From an uncultured bacterium (GTDB lineage: Bacteria > Omnitrophota > Omnitrophia > Omnitrophales > JACQLI01): 63,698 nucleotides of DNA. Shown here in pieces: positions 42,689 through 53,254 of the stretch. Within the stretch, counting starts at the first letter, position 1, and each line of letters begins with the position of its first letter. Under the pieces are notes generated by a model. That model did no database searches. It saw only the letters and a list, made by a program, of their open reading frames with translations, and was not told the DNA's origin. The stretch spans positions 1 to 63,698 of the forward strand of contig CAYJTB010000006.1 in the NCBI GenBank assembly GCA_964372875.1, written 5' to 3'. The position numbers and the translations under genes were made by a program.

Positions 42689-44235
42689 GATTTTACTTCC
42701 TTTAGATCATCAAGGCGGGGGAAAAGGGCCTCACCCCGTTCAACGGGTTGGCCCGCTTTTAAAAAGGGCTGGGCAAAATCTTCTTCACTTTTAAGTGTCC
42801 AATCGGTTTGGAGTTTGAGGCGCTCCAGAATTTTATGCGATGAGTCAGGGATAAAAGGTAAAAGCAAAACGCTGAGGTGAGCGACCCATTCCGCAAGCAT
42901 TCCGAGAAAGCTCGCCAATTTTTCTCTTTGCGCCGGATCCTTTGCCATCGCCCAGGGTTTGTTTTCTTCAATGGATTGATTGAGGTAGGTCATCTTCTCC
43001 CAAAGGGCGGTTAAAGCGGCGCGGGGATCATAGGCCAGCATTGAAGAAGATACTTTCTTAAAAGTCTCGGCCAAGGCGTCTTTTGGAAAAGATTTTGTGT
43101 CATGCGACGGGATTTTTCCCTCAAAATATTTATCGAGCATCGAGACAAGTCGAAACCAAAGATTTCCAAAATCGTTGGCCAAATCTGTGGTGTAGCGTTC
43201 AGCCAGAAGGTCTTCTGAAAATGCCCCGTCAAAACCGATCGTGACTTCCCGGAGAAGAAAATACCGGAACGCATCCACACTGTATTTTTTTACAAGCTCT
43301 ATGGGATCAACGGCATTGCCCCGCGATTTTGAAACTTTGGCACCGGCCATGGTCCACCACCCGTGGGCCATCACGGTCTTGGGCATCTGGAGCCCGCAGG
43401 CCTTCAGCATGATCGGCCAATAAACGGCGTGCTGGCGAAGAATGTCCTTGCCGACCACATGAACATCGGCGGGCCATAAATTTCCGAATTTTTCCTTCAC
43501 CTTGGCGTACCGCGCTGCGCTTAAATAATTGATAAGAGCATCAAACCATACGTAGATCACATGATCTTTGGAGGAGGGGTAGTCGATTCCCCAGGCGAGC
43601 CGCATGCGGGGGCGCGTGATGCATAAATCCTCGAGGGGTTCACGGAGGAATCCTAAGATCTCGTTTCGGCGCATTTCCGGGCGGATAAAAGCCGGGTGCT
43701 CTTGGATATAATCCATCAGCCATTTTTGATATTTTGACATGCGGAAGAAATAATTTTCTTCACTCAGCTCCTGGACATCGCGGCAGCAATCAGGGCACTT
43801 GCCCTCAACGAGTTGGAGCTGGGTCCAAAAAGATTCACAGGGCGTACAGTACCATCCTTTATAGCCTGCCTTGTAGATTTCATCTTTCGCTTCCAGATCG
43901 CGCAAAATATCTTGGACGATTTTTTTGTGTTCCTCGTCCGTCGTACGAATGAAGAAATCATATTTAATTCCCAAAAGTTCCCAAAGACTTTTAAATTGCG
44001 GCACCATGTCATCCACGTACTGGCGCGGCTCTTTGCCTGCTTCACGTGCTGTCTTTTCAATTTTGGTCCCGTGTTCATCTGTCCCCGTTAAAAGGAATAC
44101 TTTTTCGCCGCGCAGTTTATGAAATCTCGCAAAGGTATCGCAAAGGACATTGGTGTAGGCGTGACCGATGTGGGGCTTGGCGTTCACATAATAAAGAGGG
44201 GTTGTGATATAGAAAGGTTTACTCACGGAACGCAC
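42685..44235 (-). CDS. metG: Methionine--tRNA ligase (short form)
   Basis: HIGH-type PHIGHAYT and KMSKS-type KVSKS. 516 aa, without the C-terminal tRNA-binding appendix. Confidence 0.95.
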   Translation of the reverse strand: MRSVSKPFYITTPLYYVNAKPHIGHAYTNVLCDTFARFHKLRGEKVFLLTGTDEHGTKIEKTAREAGKEPRQYVDDMVPQFKSLWELLGIKYDFFIRTTDEEHKKIVQDILRDLEAKDEIYKAGYKGWYCTPCESFWTQLQLVEGKCPDCCRDVQELSEENYFFRMSKYQKWLMDYIQEHPAFIRPEMRRNEILGFLREPLEDLCITRPRMRLAWGIDYPSSKDHVIYVWFDALINYLSAARYAKVKEKFGNLWPADVHVVGKDILRQHAVYWPIMLKACGLQMPKTVMAHGWWTMAGAKVSKSRGNAVDPIELVKKYSVDAFRYFLLREVTIGFDGAFSEDLLAERYTTDLANDFGNLWFRLVSMLDKYFEGKIPSHDTKSFPKDALAETFKKVSSSMLAYDPRAALTALWEKMTYLNQSIEENKPWAMAKDPAQREKLASFLGMLAEWVAHLSVLLLPFIPDSSHKILERLKLQTDWTLKSEEDFAQPFLKAGQPVERGEALFPRLDDLKEVKS

Positions 44236-44998
44236 CTCTCAGCTGGATTTCCAGATATGTCAGTGCGAGTTTTTGATTGGTATTGGCTTCCACCGCATCC
44301 TGGGTTTCATAGACCGCGTCAAAAGCCTTGAGAAATTGCCGGGAACGGGACGGATTGGTTTCCCACACATCCGCCGATTGATTTTTAAAAAAGCGCATGA
44401 GATTTTCAAGGATAGGGGCCAGATCCACACGGGAATTTCCTTTGATGACTTCAAAGAAAGCCGTCCAACCTTTTTCCTTTAAGAGACGAATATTCTCATC
44501 TTCCATGGGATCCGGGTCTTTAGCAGGCGGAACACGGATTTCAAATCCCCGCGACTGAATCGTCTCAAGAAGATGGGCCTTGGTTTCAACTAAAAGTAAG
44601 AAGATGGAATGTTCGGGCGGTTCTTCCAAGGTTCTAAGGAGCGCATTGGCGGCCTCCAGCGTAAGACGTTCGGCGCCCTGCAGAATAAAAATTTTCCATC
44701 TCCCTTCAAAAGGCTTCAGTGCGGCTTGATGAAGAATGCCCCGGACTTCTTCGATTTTAATCGAACGGCTTTTTTCATCCTCTCCCGCCCAATGCACGTC
44801 GGGATGGTTTTTTGTTTCCGTTTTTCGGCAGCTCAAACAATCGCAGCTTTCAAAAAAACTTTGTTTTTCGCAGTTAAGGGCCTGCGCGAATCGCAAAATA
44901 AGTTCATCTTTTTTCTCTTCATCAGAACCGGTAAAAAGATAGGTGTGCGCAATCCGGTCCCGGCGTAAATGAGCCAGAAGGAGAGGAGACGAGGTCAT
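44219..44998 (-). CDS. holB: DNA polymerase III delta' subunit (short)
   Basis: AHTYLFTG..., CxxC zinc module (CDCLSCRK), NALLRTLEEPP. Confidence 0.8.
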   Translation of the reverse strand: MTSSPLLLAHLRRDRIAHTYLFTGSDEEKKDELILRFAQALNCEKQSFFESCDCLSCRKTETKNHPDVHWAGEDEKSRSIKIEEVRGILHQAALKPFEGRWKIFILQGAERLTLEAANALLRTLEEPPEHSIFLLLVETKAHLLETIQSRGFEIRVPPAKDPDPMEDENIRLLKEKGWTAFFEVIKGNSRVDLAPILENLMRFFKNQSADVWETNPSRSRQFLKAFDAVYETQDAVEANTNQKLALTYLEIQLRGAFRE

Positions 44999-45654
44999 TT
45001 TGGAATCCTGCCTTGCAATGACGATAATTTCTTTTCAATTCTTTTCTGAACCTCTTCAATGCTTAGATTCGGCGGTACCACAAAAAAACGTCTGGGTTCG
45101 CGCCGGGCCAGGGTTAAGAAGCCTTTTCTTACTTTCTCGTGAAACGCGATGGATTTTTTTTCAATCCGGTCTCCCCTGCCGCTTCGCTTGAGTCCCACTT
45201 TGGTCTTGACATCTAAAAGGATCGTGAGATTGGGTTTGAGATTTCCTCTCACAAACCGGCTGAAATTCTCAATGGTTTTTAAAGGAATCCCGCCGCCGAA
45301 GCCTTGATAAGCCACGGTTGAATCTTCAAAGCGGTCCACCATCACGACTTTTCCTTGCTGAAGCGAGGGATTGATTTTCTCTCGGACAAGCTGGGCCCGT
45401 GCTGCTAGATAAAGTAAAAGTTCGGTCTCGGGCCCCATCGCTTTAAGACGCTTATTAAGCAAAACTTCTCGAATCGCTTCGCTGGTCTCGGTGCCTCCAG
45501 GTTCCCTTAAAAGTAAAACCGGATAACCTTTTTTACGAAGGAAGTTCATGGCAAAACGAATCTGTGTACTTTTCCCGCTTCCCTCCGGTCCTTCAAAGGT
45601 AAGAAAGAAGCCTTGCGGTGGAAGTCTGCTCCCCTTTCTCAAATCGCCTCCCAT
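44995..45654 (-). CDS. tmk: dTMP kinase
   Basis: FEGPEGSGKSTQ P-loop and DRF motif. Confidence 0.9.
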   Translation of the reverse strand: MGGDLRKGSRLPPQGFFLTFEGPEGSGKSTQIRFAMNFLRKKGYPVLLLREPGGTETSEAIREVLLNKRLKAMGPETELLLYLAARAQLVREKINPSLQQGKVVMVDRFEDSTVAYQGFGGGIPLKTIENFSRFVRGNLKPNLTILLDVKTKVGLKRSGRGDRIEKKSIAFHEKVRKGFLTLARREPRRFFVVPPNLSIEEVQKRIEKKLSSLQGRIPK

Positions 45655-47069
45655 GCCCTTTTCTTTCGCTTAAGTTGAGAAGACTCTCCCGGCCGGCCGT
45701 CTTTAGCAAGCCATCCCAATTGTTCGATCGTCTTTCTTAACTCGTCCGCCCGGCCAAAATCTTTTTTCTGGCGCGCAGCCTCTCGTTCCTTTACTAGCTG
45801 CAACACGGCCGCGGGCGCCTGGGCATCTTCTAAGATTCTAAGACCCAACACAGAATCGATTTTTTTTAAGAATTGAAGAGCTGATTCTTTATCCGCGGCA
45901 GAGAAATTTTTTCGGTCCATTTCTTGATTGGCTTCGCGGAGGGTGTCAAAGACAGCAGCCAAAGCCTCTGAAATCCCCAAGTCATTGGAGAGCCCGTCAT
46001 CAAACCGTTGGAGCCCTTTTTCAAAGGTCGCCGTAAGTGACCCGCCTGCCGCTTGTGCATTGACAGATGCGCCGATCACGCGCGCGGAAAAATTGTCCAG
46101 TCGCTGAAGAGCTTCTTTGGCGGCCTCAAGGCCTGAGATCGTGAAATTCAACGGCTGGCGGTAATGATGGGAGATCAAAACGCAGCGGATCTGCATGGGG
46201 TCGTAGCCTTTATTTAAAAGATCGCGGAGCGTATAAAAATTTCCCTTGGATTTGGACATTTTTTCGCCGTCCGCCAACAAAAACCTGCAATGAAGCCAGT
46301 AGCGCACAAAGGGTTTTCCGGTGACGCCTTCCGATTGTGCGATTTCATTCTCATGGTGAGGGAAAATCAAATCTTCGCCTCCGGCGTGAAGATCAAAGGT
46401 TTCACCTAAATATTTCATACTCATGGCGGAACATTCGATATGCCAGCCCGGCCGGCCCGCTCCCCAGGGAGAATCCCAAGCGGGCTCGCCTTCTTTGGAA
46501 TTTTTCCAAACCGCAAAGTCGGCTCCTTCTTCTTTTTCGTACTCATCCACATCCACCCGGGCTCCTTGAATATTTTGCTCGAGTTTCTTTTTGGAAAGTT
46601 TGCCATAAGCCGGAAAACCGGCGACCCGGAAATAAACCGAATCTTCGCTGACGTAGGCCAAATTTTTTTGGATCAATTTTTGGATCAGTTCAATCATCGC
46701 CGGAACTTCTTTCGTAGCCTTCGGCTGCTCCCCGGGATGATTAGGAAAAAGAATATTGAGTGTCTTTAAATCATCCTGAAAAGCCTGGATATATTTCAGG
46801 GTAAATTCGTCCAAGCCTGCTCCTTCTTTACGCGCGCCTGCGATGGTTTTGTCATCGACGTCGGTGAGATTCATGACATGACGGACCTTGTAGCCTTTAT
46901 ATTCTAAAAACCGGCGGAGTAAATCCTCAAAGACAAAAGCCCGAAAATTTCCGATATGGGCATAGTCATAAACCGTAGGCCCGCAGGTATACATCCCCAC
47001 CTCTTTGTCTCGGAGGGACTTGAATTCTTCAATTTGGCCGGAAAGCGTATTAAAAAATCGAAGAGGCAT
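45639..47069 (-). CDS. cysS: Cysteine--tRNA ligase
   Basis: HIGNFRA and KMSKSKGN. Confidence 0.95.
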   Translation of the reverse strand: MPLRFFNTLSGQIEEFKSLRDKEVGMYTCGPTVYDYAHIGNFRAFVFEDLLRRFLEYKGYKVRHVMNLTDVDDKTIAGARKEGAGLDEFTLKYIQAFQDDLKTLNILFPNHPGEQPKATKEVPAMIELIQKLIQKNLAYVSEDSVYFRVAGFPAYGKLSKKKLEQNIQGARVDVDEYEKEEGADFAVWKNSKEGEPAWDSPWGAGRPGWHIECSAMSMKYLGETFDLHAGGEDLIFPHHENEIAQSEGVTGKPFVRYWLHCRFLLADGEKMSKSKGNFYTLRDLLNKGYDPMQIRCVLISHHYRQPLNFTISGLEAAKEALQRLDNFSARVIGASVNAQAAGGSLTATFEKGLQRFDDGLSNDLGISEALAAVFDTLREANQEMDRKNFSAADKESALQFLKKIDSVLGLRILEDAQAPAAVLQLVKEREAARQKKDFGRADELRKTIEQLGWLAKDGRPGESSQLKRKKRAWEAI

Positions 47070-47074
47070 GGAAA

Positions 47075-48499
47075 TTAATTGGAAAGTGCGCGTTCCAAGC
47101 GTCGCTTTAAAGTGGCGGGGCTCATCAAAGGAAAAATCCGTTTCAGTTCCGGACCGTGCATCCTCCCCGTAAGGGCCATCCGGAGCGGCATAAAAAGGTC
47201 TTTGCCCTTGGCTTTGACACGGGGTTTTAATTGACTCACAAAATTCTCGTAAAGGCCTTCGCCTTTTCCTTGGAGCTCGGGAAGCACCGTCAAAGAGGCC
47301 TGAAAAATTTCCTGCGCACCGGGGTTTTTGATGAGGTTTTCATCTTCATAAATAAAATCTTCATCCAACACCTTCAGCCGGTCTTCCAGTTCTTCAAGCC
47401 GGACAACATTATCTTTAAAGGCCGGTAATATGCGGTGCACCAACGTTTCATCGTGGTGTAACTTTTTCGTTTCTTTGAGATAAGCAAGGCCGTGTTTGCA
47501 AAACTCCTCATCAGACATGGCGCGTAAGTGTTCTCCATTGATCCAATCCAGTTTATGCGGATCATAAATCGACGCGGATTTATTGACGCGTTTTAAATCA
47601 AAGGCATCTTGCAGTTCTTTCCAGGTAAAGATTTCACGGTTGTCACCGGGCGACCAGCCCAAGAGGGAAATGTAATTGGCAAGGGCCTCGGGAAGGTAGC
47701 CCCGTTTTCGAAACTCCCTCACCGAAACGGATTCGAGGCGCTTAGAGAGCGGTTCACCGCCCGGGCCGTGAATCAGCGACAGATGCCCGTATTGCGGCGG
47801 CGTAAAGCCCATGGCTTGCAGAAGCAGGACATGTTTGGGCGTGTTAGAAAGATGATCTTCGCCGCGGATCACGTGTGTGACTTTCATGAGACCGTCATCC
47901 ACACAAACCGCTAAATGAAAAGTGGGCAGTCCGTCCGCTCGCTGAATGATGAAATCCCCGAGCATTTCATCCAGATTAAATTCCACATCGCCCCGGATAA
48001 GATCGTGAATTTTAAGTTCGGGCTTTTCAATTTTGAACCGGACGGTCGGACGAATTCCTTTCGCCTTTTTTGTCTCAATTTCTGTCTGCGTAAAATGACG
48101 GCCGCGGTTGTCGAAATGCGGCGGCCGGCGTTCTAATACCGCAAGCCGTTTCATTTCGTCGATCTCCGCCTCGGTCACATAACAGTAATAGGCTTTGCCT
48201 TGTTCGATGAGCTTGCGAATATAACCTTGGTAAACCTCAAGCCGCTCGGATTGGCGGTAAGGCGCGTACGGGCCTTCAACGCCCGGGCCTTCATTCCAGC
48301 GAACTCCAATCCAAGCGAGATCTTCAATCAAAGCCTCGCAATACTCAGGCTTTGATCTTTCTTTGTCCGTGTCTTCAATACGCAAAATAAATTGGCCGTT
48401 CTGGGGTTTGACGAAGAGATAATTAAAAAGAGCGGTGCGAACATTTCCGATATGCAGATAACCCGTAGGCGATGGAGCAAAACGGACGCGTACGCTCAA
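47075..48499 (-). CDS. gltX: Glutamate--tRNA ligase
   Basis: RFAPSPTGYLHIGNVRT and PLSKR. Confidence 0.95.
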   Translation of the reverse strand: MSVRVRFAPSPTGYLHIGNVRTALFNYLFVKPQNGQFILRIEDTDKERSKPEYCEALIEDLAWIGVRWNEGPGVEGPYAPYRQSERLEVYQGYIRKLIEQGKAYYCYVTEAEIDEMKRLAVLERRPPHFDNRGRHFTQTEIETKKAKGIRPTVRFKIEKPELKIHDLIRGDVEFNLDEMLGDFIIQRADGLPTFHLAVCVDDGLMKVTHVIRGEDHLSNTPKHVLLLQAMGFTPPQYGHLSLIHGPGGEPLSKRLESVSVREFRKRGYLPEALANYISLLGWSPGDNREIFTWKELQDAFDLKRVNKSASIYDPHKLDWINGEHLRAMSDEEFCKHGLAYLKETKKLHHDETLVHRILPAFKDNVVRLEELEDRLKVLDEDFIYEDENLIKNPGAQEIFQASLTVLPELQGKGEGLYENFVSQLKPRVKAKGKDLFMPLRMALTGRMHGPELKRIFPLMSPATLKRRLERALSN

Positions 48500-49689
48500 A
48501 GCGAAACCCTTTTCAACATCACCACCGCCTCACAGGTGACGGCAAGTCCTTCCCCTTCAGGACCAAGGCCTTCCAAGGTCTTTGCCTTAATTGAGACAAA
48601 CTCCTCTTCAAGGTTTAAGAGCTTGGCGAGGTCTGCTTTGATCTTCTTTTTTAAAAGACCGAGTTTTGGCCTTTCCAGAATAATGACCGTATCGATTTGC
48701 GAAGGAACCCAGCCTTTTTTCTTAGCGGCTTCCAAGACCTTTTTCAAAATTTTTTCGCTTCTTATATTTTTGTTTCCCGGGTCTTTATCGGAAAACCAGT
48801 CTCCGATATCACCGAGTCCCAGCGCGCCAAGAACGGCATCAGAAATAGCATGCAGAAGCGCATCGCCATCGGAGTGACCCAACGCACCTTTTTCAAAAGG
48901 AACCCGGACTCCTCCCAAATAAAGTTTTCTTCCCTTCACCAAGCGGTGGGTATCTTTACCGAAGCCGATTCGAATCGTGGGCAAACCGCTCATTAAAGAG
49001 GCCTTGGCGAGCCGTAAATCTTCAGGTGTTGTTACTTTTACATTCCATCCCGAATGAGATAAGACTTTGACTTTACCACCCACGGATTCCACAAGGGATG
49101 CCTCGTCCGTTGCCTGTAAGGCGTTGGATTGAGATTCGTAGGCCTTGAGCAGCACCGAACGGCGAATGAGTTGAGGTGTTTCGGCCTCATAGAGACCTGA
49201 GCGGTCGACTGTCTCAGCCACATAACCGTTGGAGGCCGAAACTCGCTTTAAGGTAGGAACCACTGGTCGTGCGAGAATCACAGCATCGGCTTCATGAGAT
49301 TTTTCAAAAAGCTCTAAAAGGGATTCTTTAGGAGGGAAGGGTCTTGCGCCGTCATGAACCGCAACCCATTGACTTTCCGGCGAAGTCTTACGGAGCGCAT
49401 TTAACACAGACTCTGCGCGGGTGGCGCCGCCCGGGATCACACGAACCGGACGCCTGGCCCACTCTTTTAGAAAACTGTTTTTAACCCAGGCCTCGGTCCC
49501 TGGCGGGACGGCGATAAAAATCTCCCGGATTTGAGGAATGTCCTCAAAAGAATTTAACGTATGAGCCAGCAAAGGCCTGCCGGCGAGAATCTGAAAAACT
49601 TTTCCTGGGCGGCCCCCGGAGGCATGGCCTTGGAAAAACCGTTTACTCTCACCTGCAGCAGGGATGATAAGACTAACATTGCGCTTCAC
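48496..49689 (-). CDS. ispDF: Bifunctional IspD/IspF (MEP cytidylyltransferase / MECDP synthase)
   Basis: N-terminal IPAAGESKRF (IspD). C-terminal IGFGKDTHRL...HSDGDALLHA (IspF). Confidence 0.9.
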   Translation of the reverse strand: MKRNVSLIIPAAGESKRFFQGHASGGRPGKVFQILAGRPLLAHTLNSFEDIPQIREIFIAVPPGTEAWVKNSFLKEWARRPVRVIPGGATRAESVLNALRKTSPESQWVAVHDGARPFPPKESLLELFEKSHEADAVILARPVVPTLKRVSASNGYVAETVDRSGLYEAETPQLIRRSVLLKAYESQSNALQATDEASLVESVGGKVKVLSHSGWNVKVTTPEDLRLAKASLMSGLPTIRIGFGKDTHRLVKGRKLYLGGVRVPFEKGALGHSDGDALLHAISDAVLGALGLGDIGDWFSDKDPGNKNIRSEKILKKVLEAAKKKGWVPSQIDTVIILERPKLGLLKKKIKADLAKLLNLEEEFVSIKAKTLEGLGPEGEGLAVTCEAVVMLKRVSL

Positions 49690-49703
49690 GCGGACTCTTC
49701 CAC

Positions 49704-50747
49704 TCAGGCTTCACGCTTGCCTACCCGAACCGGCTCATCCGAGTCCGCCAATTTCGCAAAAATCATTCGGCCCGCCTGAGTTTGCAAAACGCTGGTGATG
49801 GCCACATTGAGGGTTTGACCGATGCGCCGCCGGCCATTATCCACCACCACCATGGTCCCGTCGTTAAGGTAAGCAACGCCCTGATCATGCTCTTTACCTT
49901 CTTTTAAAATTTTTACCTGCATGGTCTCTCCGGGCATCACCACGGGCTTCACCGCATTTGCGAGTTCATTGATGTTGAGAACCTTCACACCCTGGAGTTC
50001 CGCCACTTTATTGAGATTGTAGTCATTGGTAAAAACCTTGGCGCCGACCACTTGACCCATCTTCACAAGTTTGGCATCGACCGTATTAAATTCGGGAAAA
50101 TCCATTTCCTGGATTTTGACATCCAGGTGAGTGTTCTTTTTCATCCTGTTCAAAATATCAAGACCCCGGCGGCCGCGCGCGCGTTTCAGGGGATCGGAAG
50201 AATCGGCAATGAGTTGAAGTTCTTTTAAAACGAAACGGGGAAGCACCAACCGCCCACTTAAGAAATGGGTTTCCGCAATGTCAGCGATCCGGCCGTCAAT
50301 GATCACGCTGGTATCCAAGAGAATGATCTCCTCCCCCGGGCCCTTACTCTCTAGTTTCACAAAAGGGAGCAACAGCTGAAATTCATCTTGGCCGCGGAGC
50401 ATGGTCACGGCACCCAAATAACTGAACAGGACGGCTGAGATAATCCCAATCTGATGTTTGACTTCTTGGGAAATTTCCGCGTAACTCGCGACGCCCATAA
50501 AAAGCCGGTGGACTAAAAGCCCAAGCGCAATTCCGACGAGGATTGAGAGAATATTTCGAACAGTGAACTTCTTAAAAAATTCGTCGATGACCAGGACGAG
50601 GACGGCAAAAAACAAACCGATCGCGGCCCCGATCCACGGCCCTTCTGCTATCTGAAAGGGAAACAGCCATTGGAATTGAGAGAGATAACCCAACACAACG
50701 AGCAAAACGGAAAAAAGAATTTTCAGTACGAGGATCATAGGAAACAC
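49704..50747 (-). CDS. Membrane-anchored PIN + TRAM domain protein (YacL-like)
   Basis: 4 N-terminal TM helices, a PIN-like [11 protein letters not shown], and a C-terminal TRAM-like beta domain. Same position as Bacillus yacL upstream of ispD. Confidence 0.75.
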   Translation of the reverse strand: MFPMILVLKILFSVLLVVLGYLSQFQWLFPFQIAEGPWIGAAIGLFFAVLVLVIDEFFKKFTVRNILSILVGIALGLLVHRLFMGVASYAEISQEVKHQIGIISAVLFSYLGAVTMLRGQDEFQLLLPFVKLESKGPGEEIILLDTSVIIDGRIADIAETHFLSGRLVLPRFVLKELQLIADSSDPLKRARGRRGLDILNRMKKNTHLDVKIQEMDFPEFNTVDAKLVKMGQVVGAKVFTNDYNLNKVAELQGVKVLNINELANAVKPVVMPGETMQVKILKEGKEHDQGVAYLNDGTMVVVDNGRRRIGQTLNVAITSVLQTQAGRMIFAKLADSDEPVRVGKREA

Positions 50748-50804
50748 TCCTTATCATTGGTAAATAGATTCTTATAATAGTTTGCAATATACGAACGAAC
50801 GTAT

Positions 50805-51617
50805 TCATACGAACGGAACTAAAGGTACTCCTTCTTTTTTCTTATTATCCTTTTTCAAAAGCTTCCAGGGATGCGCTTTAAGATCACGCACAAATTCTCG
50901 AATCTCCCGATAAAGTTCTTCATCACCCACCAGCTTACCTACCGTACCTTCCTCATTTTCCACTTTTTTGAGGATGGTTTCCAAGGATTGGGTGGAAGCG
51001 TTCATGTGTTTGATGCTCTCCGAAATATCACTGCCGGAACCGCTAAGAATCTGACTGAGAGAACGGGAAAGAGAGGCGATGCTGTGGATGGCATCTTTAA
51101 TATCTTTTTCTGACTGCTTGTCTTCAATAACCATCTTTAACCTTCCAAAAATTGCTTCGAGATGCGACGCGATCCGGTCCGCGCGGTCAACGAGAACTTC
51201 GACCGGCACCGGATCCACTCCTTGCACCTGGGCTCCCTCCTTAATAAAGGGTCCCTTGCCCGGCTGCGGCGAAACCTCGACGTGGGGCTCGCTTAAAATA
51301 TGCGTTCCCCGCACGTTGAACAAATAATTCTCCCTAATTTCAAAGCCCTTTGCAATAAAAAGTTGCACTTTTACCCGGGTTTGGCCTGTTCCCGGGTCTT
51401 CCTGAAGCGTGACCTTGCTCACCTCTCCTATCCGCACGCCTGCCATACGTACCGGGGCCCCCTTATCTAAGATACTCACGTAATTGAACATAACGTAAAC
51501 CTTGTAGCCCGGACGCACCAGATAGACGCCGCTGACGAAGAAAACGACCAAAGACAGGATAAGAAAGCCAAAAATCACAAAGGTTCCGACCAAAATTTCG
51601 GTCCGTGTCTTCTTCAT
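50805..51617 (-). CDS. mlaD: MCE-domain protein MlaD-like
   Basis: N-terminal TM, MCE core (GAPVRMAGVRIGEV), helical C-terminal extension. Confidence 0.8.
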   Translation of the reverse strand: MKKTRTEILVGTFVIFGFLILSLVVFFVSGVYLVRPGYKVYVMFNYVSILDKGAPVRMAGVRIGEVSKVTLQEDPGTGQTRVKVQLFIAKGFEIRENYLFNVRGTHILSEPHVEVSPQPGKGPFIKEGAQVQGVDPVPVEVLVDRADRIASHLEAIFGRLKMVIEDKQSEKDIKDAIHSIASLSRSLSQILSGSGSDISESIKHMNASTQSLETILKKVENEEGTVGKLVGDEELYREIREFVRDLKAHPWKLLKKDNKKKEGVPLVPFV

Positions 51618-51662
51618 ACGTTCTCCTTATACCTTAAACTGCTTAACAAAAATTATCAATGA

Positions 51663-52418
51663 CTAGCTCTTAACTTCATCGGTGATCGGTCCCTTGGCCG
51701 AACCGGTAATAAATTGGCGGATAATCGGATTATCGGTATTCTCAATTTCCTTAGGAGTGCCTGATCCGATAATTTTACCCTCATAAAGCATCACGATTCG
51801 GTGAGCAATTTTGTAGGCGCTCTTTAAATCGTGGGTGACGCTGACGCTTGTGACCCGAAGCGTCTCGTGCATCTGAATGATCAAATCATTGATCCCATCG
51901 GCCATGATTGGATCAAGCCCGGTCGTGGGCTCATCATAAAAAATGACTTTGGGATCATTGGCAATGGCCCGCGCTAGTCCCACGCGTTTTTTCATTCCGC
52001 CTGAAAGCGACGCCGGCATTTCTTCTTCAATGTCTTGGAGACCCACCAATTTAAGTTTCTCCTTCACTTTTTCGGCGATCACATCTGGCGGCAGATCCGT
52101 ATGTTCATAAAGAGAAAAGCCTACATTTTCCCGTACGGTCAAGGAATCAAAAAGTGCTGCGCTTTGAAAAAGCATGCCGAGCTTAAGACGAAATTGATCA
52201 AGCTCGCCCGGAGTGAGAGAAAAAATGTCCACCCCATCGATGATCACCGACCCCTCGTCCGGCTCTAAAATCCCGATCATCATTTTTAAAAGAACGCTTT
52301 TGCCGCATCCTGAGCGGCCTATAATGACAAGACCTTCGCCTGTCTTAACCTCAAGGTCCAACCCGCGCAAAACCTGGTTGGATCCGAAAGATTTAGAAAC
52401 TCCGCGAACCTGAATCAT
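51663..52418 (-). CDS. mlaF: ABC transporter ATP-binding protein MlaF-like
   Basis: Walker A GRSGCGKS, signature LSGGMKKR, Walker B IFYDEPT. Confidence 0.85.
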   Translation of the reverse strand: MIQVRGVSKSFGSNQVLRGLDLEVKTGEGLVIIGRSGCGKSVLLKMMIGILEPDEGSVIIDGVDIFSLTPGELDQFRLKLGMLFQSAALFDSLTVRENVGFSLYEHTDLPPDVIAEKVKEKLKLVGLQDIEEEMPASLSGGMKKRVGLARAIANDPKVIFYDEPTTGLDPIMADGINDLIIQMHETLRVTSVSVTHDLKSAYKIAHRIVMLYEGKIIGSGTPKEIENTDNPIIRQFITGSAKGPITDEVKS

Positions 52419-52431
52419 TGAAACCGTTTCC

Positions 52432-53247
52432 TTATAAAAAGTAAAAAATGGCTGTGAAAAAACAATCCAAGGTAATCACCAAAATAAGCGCCATCACCAC
52501 CGCCATGGTGGTCGAGCGTCCCACGCCCTCGGCGCCTCCTTCAGTACGAAAGCCGAAGTAACAACCGACAATAGAAATCACGGCTCCAAAAATAAATGCC
52601 TTTACGAGACCGGTCATAATGTCTTTGATCATTAAAATTTCGATGCTGCGTTTGATGTACATATGAGAACTAATCCCCAGTTTAAAGACGGCGATGAAGT
52701 AGCCCCCCAACATTCCGATGCAGTCCGCGTAAATGGTAAGAAAAAAGAGCATAAAAAATCCTGCGACAAGACGGGGCACTACGAGATACCTCACGGGATC
52801 AATCGCAAGAGCACGAAGGGCGTCGATTTGTTCGGTCACCTTCATGGTGCCTATTTCTGCAGCAATAGAAGCCCCTACCCGGCCTGCAACCACCATGGCC
52901 GTAAGGACAGGACCTAATTCCCGGGTCATCGAAAGAGCAACGAGGTCAGACGTGAATTGCTGGGCGGCGAAAAGACGTAATTGATAAGCCGATTGCAGCG
53001 ACAGAACCATACCCGTGAAAAGTGCGGTAAGAAAAACCAGAGGCAGTGAGGTGACGCCGATCTTGTTCATCTGATCGATGGTGGACTTCCAACGAAGCGG
53101 GGTGTTAAAAAGAGTGCGGAGGGCATCTCGGAAGAGAAGGACAATGCCGCCTACGTTATAAGCCAGTTCGAGCGACTGACTTCCTAATCGTCCGAGCCAC
53201 AGCCGTAACGATACGGACCGGCGAATCACTGCAAATTTTTCGTTCAT
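52432..53247 (-). CDS. mlaE: ABC transporter permease MlaE-like
   Basis: 271-aa polytopic protein with MlaE-like conserved stretch (GRVGASIAAEIGTMKVTEQIDAL). Confidence 0.85.
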   Translation of the reverse strand: MNEKFAVIRRSVSLRLWLGRLGSQSLELAYNVGGIVLLFRDALRTLFNTPLRWKSTIDQMNKIGVTSLPLVFLTALFTGMVLSLQSAYQLRLFAAQQFTSDLVALSMTRELGPVLTAMVVAGRVGASIAAEIGTMKVTEQIDALRALAIDPVRYLVVPRLVAGFFMLFFLTIYADCIGMLGGYFIAVFKLGISSHMYIKRSIEILMIKDIMTGLVKAFIFGAVISIVGCYFGFRTEGGAEGVGRSTTMAVVMALILVITLDCFFTAIFYFL

Positions 53248-53254
53248 GATCGAA